Shown here: positions 17,549-24,484 of the stretch, one piece after another
Layout of the letters: the number at the start of each line of letters is the position of its first letter
How positions within the stretch are numbered: position 1 is the stretch's first letter
Assembly (NCBI GenBank): GCA_040754655.1
Contig: JBFMCE010000058.1
Location: forward strand, 1-24,484
DNA length: 24,484 nucleotides
Direction of reading: 5' to 3'
From: Bdellovibrionota bacterium
GTDB taxonomy: Bacteria; Bdellovibrionota; UBA1018; UBA923
Notes under the pieces: generated by a model
Databases searched by the model: none
What the model was told of the DNA's origin: nothing
What the model saw: only the letters and a program-made list of their open reading frames with translations
Program-made: the position numbers and the translations under genes

Positions 17549-17573
17549 TGGCGCTTTTGTTTTGCGGCTTCGT
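17549..17573 (+). repeat. Copy 2 of the 25-bp intergenic motif (TGGCGCTTTTGTTTTGCGGCTTCGT)
   Basis: 23/25 identical to 2094-2118; starts 9 nt after the batD stop codon. Confidence 0.75.
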
Positions 17574-17726
17574 CAGATTTTGCGGGTCTTAAACGAAGGT
17601 GCGTTGCGAAATGCAGTCTGTAGCAGCTCGCAGCAGAATTTAATTTCACCAGACGAGCTCAAACTCCTTACTTTGGTTTAAGAGTTGTGCTAATTTCCCA
17701 TGGCAACACAAGGAGGTCTCGTTGCC

Positions 17727-19940
17727 ATGCCATCCCAACGCTACCAAGCCATTCAAATTATAGATCAACGTCAAGTCAGAAAGTTTGAAATCCCGAAAGA
17801 CTACCAAGGAAATCCCGCAAAAATTTCTGAGTTCTTCGGAGTGAATACATTCAATCCTCTCGCGATGAAAGATAAGCTTCCCAAGGAAGCTTATCAGAAA
17901 TTGATGACCACGATCCAGACGGGGAAAAAACTCGATTCTGACGTGGCCAATACGATTGCTTCCGTCATCCAAGAGTGGGCCCTCGAAAAAGGCGTCACGC
18001 ATTTTTGCCACTGGTTTCAGCCGCAAACAGGGCTCACGGCGGAAAAACATGATTCATTTATAACCATCGATGAAAACCACGTGCCGCTTGAGAAGTTCTC
18101 GGGTGCCCAGCTGATTCAAAGCGAACCCGATGCTTCAAGCTTTCCTAGCGGCGGGATGCGCACCACCTTCGAAGCTCGGGGCTATACCGCTTGGGATCCT
18201 TCAAGCCCGATTTTCATCATGGAGAGCACGAACGGCAAAACATTGTGCATTCCATCGGCCTTCATCTCTTATCACGGTGATGCGCTGGATGAGAAAACTC
18301 CGCTGCTGCGTTCTATGGAAGCGCTCAATTCACGCGCCATCGAGCTTTTGCAGACGATGGGGTACAAAGACGTGAAGCGGGTCGTTCCGACGGTCGGCTC
18401 TGAACAAGAGTATTTTTTGATTGATCGCGCTTTGTATAATCTCAGGCCTGACTTGGTCATGACCGGAAGAACTCTCGTAGGAGGACAGCCTCCGCGCGGC
18501 CAACAACTCGAAGACCATTACTTCGGCAGCATTTCCTCTCGTGTGCTCGCATTCATGCAAGAGGTCGAGTACGAACTCTATAAACTTGGCGTTCCCGCGA
18601 AAACCCGGCATAACGAAGTCGCTCCGAGCCAATACGAGGCTGCGCCGATTTTCGAAGAAGCCAATATCGCGGCCGATCACAACCAGCTCGTAATGGAAGT
18701 CATGCGCAGGGTAGCGCCACGCCACAACTTCGCGATACTTTTGCATGAAAAACCCTTTGCGGGCATCAACGGCAGCGGAAAGCACAACAACTGGTCGATG
18801 GCGGTGGTTGGCGGAGGCGAAGATCCAAACCTGCTTGAGCCGGGTAAGACGCCTCACCAGAACCTGCGTTTCTTGATGATGCTGGCAGCTGTATTGAAGG
18901 GCGTTCACCGCCATGGCGGTTTGATGCGCGCTTCAATCGCGATGCCTGGCAATGACCATCGGTTAGGTGCGAATGAAGCGCCTCCTGCGATCATCTCGGC
19001 TTTTTTGGGCCAACAGCTCACTGATATCTGCAATAAACTCGAAAACGGGACGAACTTTGATCAGAATCCCGAGGCAGCGGTTTTGAGTTTGGGGGTTTCC
19101 AAGATTCCTCAGATTTCGAAAGACAATACCGACCGCAACCGCACATCCCCATTTGCGTTCACTGGGAATAAATTCGAGTTTCGTGCCGTAGGTTCGAGCA
19201 TGCCGATCTCGTTTCCTGTGACCGTCGTGAATGCCGCTGTGGCGGAAGCGATGGCAGATCTTTCTGAGGCTTTGAAGAAGAAAGTAAAGTCTGGAAAGAA
19301 GCTTGATGTGGCGATTCTGGATGTTGTTCGCGAGGCTATCATTGAAACCAAGAACATTCGTTTCGAAGGAAACAACTATTCGGACGAATGGGTGAGGGAA
19401 GCGGAGCGGAGAGGATTGCCGAACCTTCGAAAAGCGCCTGAAGCGATCGATCACTTGATGGTCCCGTCTTCGAAAAAATTGCTTACAAGCTTGGGCGTTC
19501 TTACCGAAGCGGAATTGCACTCGAGGCATCATGTCATGCTTGAGCGTTATATCAAGAAGTTGACGATCGAAGCGGAAATGCTTGCGAACATGGTGGATAC
19601 TTATATTGTTCCGGCCGCCTTGAAGGAACAGCAGAACATCGCTGCTTCAATTCGCGCGGTTTCAGAAGTGAGCCGTGGCATTGACGTTTCGGAGCAATCG
19701 GCCCGATTGACCACGGTTTCTCAGAGCATCAATGAACTGCTCGCGGGCCGAAAGAACCTGACGGCTCTTTTGACCAAAGTCTCTTCACTTGTGAGCGAAA
19801 CCGAGAAGGCTCGAACGCTCTCGACCGAAGTGCTGACCTCAATGGGACAAATTCGTCAGGTGAGCGATCGTCTTGAGGACATCGTGAGTGACGAGTTCTG
19901 GCCTTTGCCTAAATATCGGGAAATGCTGTTTCTTTCGTGA
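17727..19940 (+). CDS. glnN: Glutamine synthetase type III
   Basis: WFQPQTGLTAEKHDSF, EPDASSFPSGGMRTTFEARGYTAWD, HEKPFAGINGSGKHNNW, DRNRTSPFAFTGNKFEFR are GSIII signatures; 737 aa. Start moved to ATG 17727 because AGGAGG lies at 17711-17716. Confidence 0.96.
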   Translation: MPSQRYQAIQIIDQRQVRKFEIPKDYQGNPAKISEFFGVNTFNPLAMKDKLPKEAYQKLMTTIQTGKKLDSDVANTIASVIQEWALEKGVTHFCHWFQPQTGLTAEKHDSFITIDENHVPLEKFSGAQLIQSEPDASSFPSGGMRTTFEARGYTAWDPSSPIFIMESTNGKTLCIPSAFISYHGDALDEKTPLLRSMEALNSRAIELLQTMGYKDVKRVVPTVGSEQEYFLIDRALYNLRPDLVMTGRTLVGGQPPRGQQLEDHYFGSISSRVLAFMQEVEYELYKLGVPAKTRHNEVAPSQYEAAPIFEEANIAADHNQLVMEVMRRVAPRHNFAILLHEKPFAGINGSGKHNNWSMAVVGGGEDPNLLEPGKTPHQNLRFLMMLAAVLKGVHRHGGLMRASIAMPGNDHRLGANEAPPAIISAFLGQQLTDICNKLENGTNFDQNPEAAVLSLGVSKIPQISKDNTDRNRTSPFAFTGNKFEFRAVGSSMPISFPVTVVNAAVAEAMADLSEALKKKVKSGKKLDVAILDVVREAIIETKNIRFEGNNYSDEWVREAERRGLPNLRKAPEAIDHLMVPSSKKLLTSLGVLTEAELHSRHHVMLERYIKKLTIEAEMLANMVDTYIVPAALKEQQNIAASIRAVSEVSRGIDVSEQSARLTTVSQSINELLAGRKNLTALLTKVSSLVSETEKARTLSTEVLTSMGQIRQVSDRLEDIVSDEFWPLPKYREMLFLS

Positions 19941-19956
19941 GTTTTGCGGCCCGTCA
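19941..19956 (+). repeat. Possible degenerate third copy of the intergenic motif (GTTTTGCGGCCCGTCA)
   Basis: Compares with GTTTTGCGGCTTCGTCA at 17559-17575 (first 10 nt identical, then one gap and one mismatch); directly follows the GSIII stop codon. Confidence 0.4.
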
Positions 19957-19974
19957 ACGTTAGTTTCTGTTTCG

Positions 19975-20014
19975 GAAAAGGCCTGGGGGAAGCGTCTCTC
20001 AGGCCTTTTCTTTT
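19975..20014 (+). terminator. Rho-independent terminator after GSIII gene
   Basis: GAAAAGGCCTG...CAGGCCTTTTC stem extended by GGGGA/TCTCT wobble pairs around an AGCG loop, followed by TTTT. Confidence 0.85.
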
Positions 20015-20086
20015 AATGAAATCGATTGAACATAATGCTCGCCGGGCGTTGACAGAAGCTTGCGTGGCGACATAGGACATTAACCT

Positions 20087-20935
20087 ATGGACGCGGGGGG
20101 AATCGGGTTCAAAAGCTTTCTTCAAAAGCAGTTTGAGGACAGATGTTCTCGAAATGCAAGTTATTCTCTGCGTGCTTTCGCGAGAGATCTGAAGCTATCA
20201 CCAGCCGGCGTGTCGCAGATATTAAACGGAAAACAAGGGGTTTCTCCGCAGACAGCAGAGACCATTGCGCGCAGGCTGGGCCTAAGCAGCCATGAGTGCG
20301 ATTATCTGGTTGATCTCGCGAGCTCGGAGTTCGCACGTAGCCGTAAATCGAAAGAAGCGGCGATTCATCGATTGCGAGTGCGCAAACCGGTCCCTCCAAT
20401 AACTTTAGAAGTCTTTAAAGCCATCTCAGAATGGCACCATCTCGCCCTTCTTGAGTTGACCATGCTTAAGGGTTTTAAGAGTGATGCAGGTTGGATCGCC
20501 CGAAAGCTAGGCATTTCTAAGAAAACGGTTTCTCTCGCAATAGAGAGGTTGAAAATGCTTGGCTTTCTCAAAGAGCAAGACGGCAAGCTCATTCAAACTA
20601 CGGAATACATGGCGACTCCCAGCGGCGTTCCTTCGACTGCCATTCGCGGTTTTCATCAGCAGGTTTTACGGAAGGCGATCGATGCTCTTCATTCGCAGTC
20701 TGTCGATGAACGTGACTTTTCATCGATTGTGCTTCCTGTATCGACGAATGACATGGTTGAAGCGAAGGAATGGATCAAGAAATTCCGCAGGGAGTTCATG
20801 TCAAGGTTCGGCTCGGCGGCTGAGAAAGACTCAGTCTATTGCCTTTCAGTTCAATTTTTCAGCCTTCTCAAAGAGAATAGCGGGAAGAATTTTGTAGATG
20901 AGGAATCTAATGAAACGGAGCAATTTAAAGAATAG
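20087..20935 (+). CDS. TIGR02147-family protein (N-terminal HTH plus DUF4423-like domain), putative regulator
   Basis: RNASYSLRAFARDLKLSP..VSQILNGK (HTH), ISEWHHLALLEL, WIARKLGIS, AIRGFHQQ.L..A..AL, ERDFSS, K..IKKFR, VYCLSVQFF: the characteristic pattern of this family. Confidence 0.88.
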   Translation: MDAGGIGFKSFLQKQFEDRCSRNASYSLRAFARDLKLSPAGVSQILNGKQGVSPQTAETIARRLGLSSHECDYLVDLASSEFARSRKSKEAAIHRLRVRKPVPPITLEVFKAISEWHHLALLELTMLKGFKSDAGWIARKLGISKKTVSLAIERLKMLGFLKEQDGKLIQTTEYMATPSGVPSTAIRGFHQQVLRKAIDALHSQSVDERDFSSIVLPVSTNDMVEAKEWIKKFRREFMSRFGSAAEKDSVYCLSVQFFSLLKENSGKNFVDEESNETEQFKE

Positions 20936-21041
20936 TGTTTTTACGATCGGGATCAGCCCTCTTGGCCCGACGACGCTTTTGGCGAAGTCGGGAAAAGAAG
21001 TAGGAAATGGCATAGATTCTGGTGTGCGCCAGGGGATATAA
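20910..21041 (+). pseudogene. 43-aa ORF, probable truncated remnant of a secreted protein
   Basis: GAGGA then ATG 20910, overlapping the 3' end of the TIGR02147 gene; MKRSNLKNSVFTIGISPLGPTTLLAKSGKEVGNGIDSGVRQGI*; signal-peptide-like layout interrupted by two prolines. Below the ORF-track size cut-off. Confidence 0.5.
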
Positions 21042-21051
21042 GGAGATGCGA

Positions 21052-21663
21052 ATGCCTATTGCAGTTCGAGTTTACCGGGGGTTGATAGGGTTCTCGTTGT
21101 TTTGTTCAATGCTTTTCTCGCTTCCATCTTTTGCTTCAGAGTGGAGCGGTAAAGATTTTTCAAAACTTGAAGATTTAATAAAGTTCATTTTGCCGCCCTT
21201 AGAATTTCAGGATCCGCCGCCGGTGGGCGTTCCTTTCTGGTTTACTTATACGACTCAAGATGGGTGTGGGACCGATCGCCCCGGTATTTTCGCATGCGAT
21301 CAGGAAGAGGGGCATTGGCAAGCTGTTCGATTCACCCCGCAGTTTCCGCCCTTTTTTGCGACGGCCGTAAGGTATAGCTTGGGGAACTATGAGACCCAGT
21401 GGCCTGGAGGAAATGTCCTCACTTGCAATGGTGGCCTCGAGCATCGAGTCGAATTGTACGTTGGAAGCTCTACGACACCGAACTCTAATCCAATGCCTGT
21501 AGCGGCTTTTACGATTCCTGCGACACAAGTGGACCCAAGTACCCAGTATCGGGCTATCACCATTTCGTTGCCTACTCCGATTGAAGTTAAAGCCGGAGAA
21601 CACATATTCCTGTCGATTCAACAGGTGGCTGACATCGTGAATGGTTCGAGGTTTGCCGCGTGA
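21052..21663 (+). CDS. Secreted beta-rich hypothetical protein
   Basis: TAAGGAG 6 nt before ATG 21052; signal peptide ending LPSFA; Pro/Thr/aromatic-rich beta-type sequence with Cys residues; no family recognised. Confidence 0.7.
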   Translation: MPIAVRVYRGLIGFSLFCSMLFSLPSFASEWSGKDFSKLEDLIKFILPPLEFQDPPPVGVPFWFTYTTQDGCGTDRPGIFACDQEEGHWQAVRFTPQFPPFFATAVRYSLGNYETQWPGGNVLTCNGGLEHRVELYVGSSTTPNSNPMPVAAFTIPATQVDPSTQYRAITISLPTPIEVKAGEHIFLSIQQVADIVNGSRFAA

Positions 21664-21671
21664 GTCTTGAT

Positions 21672-22463
21672 CTACGGACGCTGTTCCACAAATTCATCCG
21701 CAAGCGAGCGGTAGTCTTCTGAACCTGCGCTCGAAGGTGCATAGGCTAGGATAGTCTTGCCATACCCCGTGCTCTCGGCGAGTTTTGAGTTGTCACGGAT
21801 ACGGGCACCGAAGACATGGCCTTTGAAATGCTCACCAAGGAGGGCGAGCACTTCGGTCGTCAGTTTTTTACGATAGTCGATTTGCGTCGGTAAAATACCT
21901 GCGATCTTGAGCTCAGGGTTCCATCTGCTGCGCACGAGCTCAATCGACTCTTGCATTTTTTGAACGCCCTCAAGAGAGAAGAACTGGGTTTGCACTGGAA
22001 TGAGTACTTCGGTTGCTGCGGTAAGTGCATTCAGCGTGAGCAAATTCAGGCTTGGAGGATTATCGATCAAAATGAAATCATACTCGCCGTTGGCCCAGGC
22101 CAAATTAGTGCGCAAGATTTTTTCGCGCTCAGGTCTGGTGTAAAGATAGAACTCTACGCCAGCCAGGTCTCGGTTGGCCGCGATGTAGTCGAATGAAATC
22201 TGATAGCTGCGCAAGAAACGTTCTTTGGCTTCTTGTAGGGTAGGGCAACGTTTCATCAAATAGAGCTCATCGCAGGTCGATTTGTTCGAAGTTTCTGGGC
22301 TTTTTCCCTCGAGATACGAGGTGAGATTCGCTTGGGCGTCGTTGTCGATGAGCAAGACCTTCTTTCCGAGTTCGACAAGAGCTGCTGCCAAATTCACGCA
22401 GGTGGTCGTCTTGCCAACGCCGCCTTTCTGGTTTGCTACTGCTACAATTCGGGTCGGTCGCAT
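21672..22463 (-). CDS. ParA/Soj-family ATPase (orphan, no parB)
   Basis: VANQKGGVGKTT deviant Walker A, LIDND.QANLT, YDFILIDNPPSL, NAL.AA, IPVQ..FFSLEG. Start moved to ATG 22463 (GGGGG 9 nt upstream). Confidence 0.93.
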   Translation of the reverse strand: MRPTRIVAVANQKGGVGKTTTCVNLAAALVELGKKVLLIDNDAQANLTSYLEGKSPETSNKSTCDELYLMKRCPTLQEAKERFLRSYQISFDYIAANRDLAGVEFYLYTRPEREKILRTNLAWANGEYDFILIDNPPSLNLLTLNALTAATEVLIPVQTQFFSLEGVQKMQESIELVRSRWNPELKIAGILPTQIDYRKKLTTEVLALLGEHFKGHVFGARIRDNSKLAESTGYGKTILAYAPSSAGSEDYRSLADEFVEQRP

Positions 22464-22607
22464 AGGCAATTACCCCCAGTTTCTTGTTCAAATGATAGTA
22501 TACAAGACTCTAAAATCACGAAGTTTTTTAAAACTGACTGAAATCATTTGATTTTAGCCCTAAAAACCGGGAATAGTAGTCTACAAAATCTACAGGTGAA
22601 TTTGAAA

Positions 22608-22970
22608 ATGACGCAACAGTCTGAAAAGTCAAAACAACTGCTCGTAATGCCCGGTTTTTTCGGGATCACGGAAGAAACTCTTCAAAAGAAGACTTTTCTC
22701 GCTCAAACCTTGCGCAAGCTCAGAAGGTTTTATTTTTCGATTTTCCGCAAAGATTACATCCGTCAAAGCGTCGCGGTGAATCGAGAGGGCGAATGCCATC
22801 GTTGCGGTGCTTGTTGCAAGCTGATCTATCGTTGCCCTTTTTTGGGGCATGACGCCCAAGATCTTCCATATTGCAGGATCTACGGTGATTTGCGCCCCGG
22901 ATCGTGCAAGAACTATCCATTTGATCGCGTCGATTCAGAAATAGAACAGTGTGGTTTTAAGTTTAAGTGA
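22608..22970 (+). CDS. YkgJ-like CxxCxxCC cysteine-cluster (putative Zn/Fe-S) protein
   Basis: CHRCGACC..CPFL..C.IY..RP..C..YPF. Start moved to ATG 22608 (AGGTGA upstream). Confidence 0.8.
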   Translation: MTQQSEKSKQLLVMPGFFGITEETLQKKTFLAQTLRKLRRFYFSIFRKDYIRQSVAVNREGECHRCGACCKLIYRCPFLGHDAQDLPYCRIYGDLRPGSCKNYPFDRVDSEIEQCGFKFK

Positions 22971-22976
22971 GTTTTT

Positions 22977-23936
22977 ATGAAGATTTTTCGAGGCCACGCC
23001 GAGGTTGACCAGAAGTTTTCGTGCCCCATCGTGACGATTGGCAATTTTGACGGATTGCATCTTGGTCACAGGCGCATCATTGAAGACGTGCTCAAACAAG
23101 CGCGCCAAAAAGGCGGCACCTCGGTCGTCTATACTTTTCGCCCTCACCCCCATCTTGCGCTGGCCCCTGACGAGGACCTGCAGCTCATCAACACTTACGA
23201 TGAGAAGATAGATCTTTTAAGGGAGATCGGCGTTGATGTCGTCGTTGAAGAGCCCTTTAGCAGAGAGTTTTCGACGAACAGCCCTGAGTTTTTTTTCAAC
23301 GACATTTTGGTCGGAAAACTTTCAGCCAATACCATTTATGTTGGGTACGATTTTGGTTTTGGAAAGAATCGCGCAGGTTCTCTCGAGCTTCTCAAGAAAC
23401 TTTGCGCTGGGCGCGGGATCGAGCTGGTAGTCACGGAGCCCTTCAAAATCAATGGTGAAACCTGCTCAAGCTCTCGCATCCGCAATTACATCAAAGATGG
23501 AAACGTAAGCGCTGCGTCTGAGCTTTTAGGCAGGCCTTTTTTCTATCGCGGTTTGGTGATTCGGGGCCAGGGACGCGGGCATAAGATCGGTTTTGCGACC
23601 GCGAACGTTCATACCGAATCAAAGCTTCGCGTGAAAGAGGGCGTGTACGCCACCTTCGCGGTGTATGGCGGTAAACGTTATTTGAGCGTGACCAATGTCG
23701 GGCGACAGCCTACTTTCAACAAGTCTGACGACGCTCCTGTCGCTGTGGAAACCCATCTCTTTGATTTCGATCAAGACATTTATGGCGAAGTGCTCGAAGT
23801 TCAGATGGTTGAGCGCATTCGCGATGAGGTGCGATTTGGCGGGATAGATGAACTGGTAGCTCAGATTCGAAAAGATGCCGAGGTTGCCAAGAAGATTCTG
23901 GCAAGACAATCAGGTCAGAAAAAAGACAAGCATTAA
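22977..23936 (+). CDS. ribF: Bifunctional riboflavin kinase / FAD synthetase
   Basis: TIGNFDGLHLGH, TF.PHP, VGYDFGFG, SSSRIR (adenylyltransferase); G.GRG..IGFATAN, GVYA, NVG.QPTF, VETHLFDF..DIYG, IRDE..F (kinase). Confidence 0.96.
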   Translation: MKIFRGHAEVDQKFSCPIVTIGNFDGLHLGHRRIIEDVLKQARQKGGTSVVYTFRPHPHLALAPDEDLQLINTYDEKIDLLREIGVDVVVEEPFSREFSTNSPEFFFNDILVGKLSANTIYVGYDFGFGKNRAGSLELLKKLCAGRGIELVVTEPFKINGETCSSSRIRNYIKDGNVSAASELLGRPFFYRGLVIRGQGRGHKIGFATANVHTESKLRVKEGVYATFAVYGGKRYLSVTNVGRQPTFNKSDDAPVAVETHLFDFDQDIYGEVLEVQMVERIRDEVRFGGIDELVAQIRKDAEVAKKILARQSGQKKDKH

Positions 23937-23948
23937 ACTGACCTTATT

Positions 23949-24341
23949 TTATCGGGCACTCGCGCAGGCGACTTCTTTTGCCTGTGTCTCTGGCGTGTTT
24001 GCCTGCGCGATGAAACGGCGCAGGTTCACGATTCGCTTTGAGAGAACAACCGCATGCAGCGATTTTTTCTTACCCGCAATCAAGCGAAATCGAAAGACTC
24101 CGATGCCTTCGGTCGGCTTGGCCTCGTTTGGACCTTGGACGATGGCAAAACCCAGCCTCGCGCGCGTCATCGGGAACACCTCGATATAACAGAAGGTCTG
24201 CTTGCACCGGATGACAGAGTGGTGTTCGTAACATTTGTTGGCGTGAAATCCCCGCATGGCATCAAGAGTGGGGTTTGAGGCAAGAGCGCTGCCGCAGATG
24301 CCGAGAACGAGCGCGGTCAAAGCGTGAATTTTGATTCGCAC
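23949..24341 (-). CDS. Small secreted basic hypothetical protein
   Basis: GAGGAGG 7 nt before GTG; clean signal peptide MRIKIHALTALVLGICGSALA; four Cys in the mature part; no family recognised. Confidence 0.7.
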   Translation of the reverse strand: MRIKIHALTALVLGICGSALASNPTLDAMRGFHANKCYEHHSVIRCKQTFCYIEVFPMTRARLGFAIVQGPNEAKPTEGIGVFRFRLIAGKKKSLHAVVLSKRIVNLRRFIAQANTPETQAKEVACASAR

Positions 24342-24484
24342 TCTAGCGCCTCCTCTCGCCTTTCATGCGTCGGTCGAAGGCGCCGCTGAATTTCTTCGAG
24401 GGAATGCGGGCTTGCCGGGTAATTGGGAGGCAACTTGGGAGTCAAGTTCTGGCGCAGGCAAAGGTTTTGCGCCAAAATTCGGTT

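Noticed and set aside
17549..17700. Sigma-54 promoter or NtrC site upstream of GSIII (TGGCGC..TTGC, TTGG..GTGC, TGCGT..ATGCA)
   Set aside because: GG-to-GC spacing is 12 nt instead of the required 10 in both candidates, and the NtrC-like dyad is one base short and mismatched.
2094..19956. Repeated 25-bp motif as a CRISPR repeat or as att sites of an integrated element
   Set aside because: Copies are kilobases apart with no spacer array or cas genes, and the enclosed region holds chromosomal genes with no integrase or transposase.
20049..20078. Sigma-70 promoter for the TIGR02147 gene (perfect TTGACA at 20049-20054)
   Set aside because: No convincing -10 hexamer at 16-18 nt spacing; cannot be supported from sequence alone.
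24317..24484. Open minus-strand frame entering from the window edge (..HSLEEIQRRLRPTHERREEALECESKFTL*) and short hairpins at 24432-24474
   Set aside because: Only 55 codons visible with no motif; could be the tail of an upstream gene or non-coding, and cannot be decided without flanking sequence.

Overview
Chromosomal, mostly housekeeping window from a bacterium of moderate GC, most likely Bdellovibrionota/Oligoflexia or a related deltaproteobacterium-like lineage (inferred from the TIGR02147-type regulator and gene style, not proven). Gene order: 3' part of rplI, intrinsic terminator, dnaB; then a phasin-like gene and a membrane M28 peptidase on the minus strand; then a co-oriented block of about 13 kb (small outer-membrane beta-barrel, uncharacterised 1597-aa probable lipoprotein, MoxR ATPase, DUF58, membrane accessory protein, BatA, BatB-BatC fusion, BatD); type III glutamine synthetase; a TIGR02147/DUF4423-type HTH gene followed by a truncated small ORF and a secreted protein; an orphan ParA; a CxxCxxCC protein with ribF; and a small secreted hypothetical. 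I found no CRISPR array, rRNA/tRNA, transposase or phage/defence genes. The best leads are (i) the giant, internally duplicated, cysteine-paired lipoprotein and beta-barrel placed directly ahead of the MoxR-Bat operon, (ii) an unexplained 25-bp motif recurring just after stop codons as the left arm of roughly 110-bp imperfect inverted repeats, and (iii) a 43-aa remnant ORF coupled to the TIGR02147 gene. All family calls come from motif recognition by eye; no searches were run.
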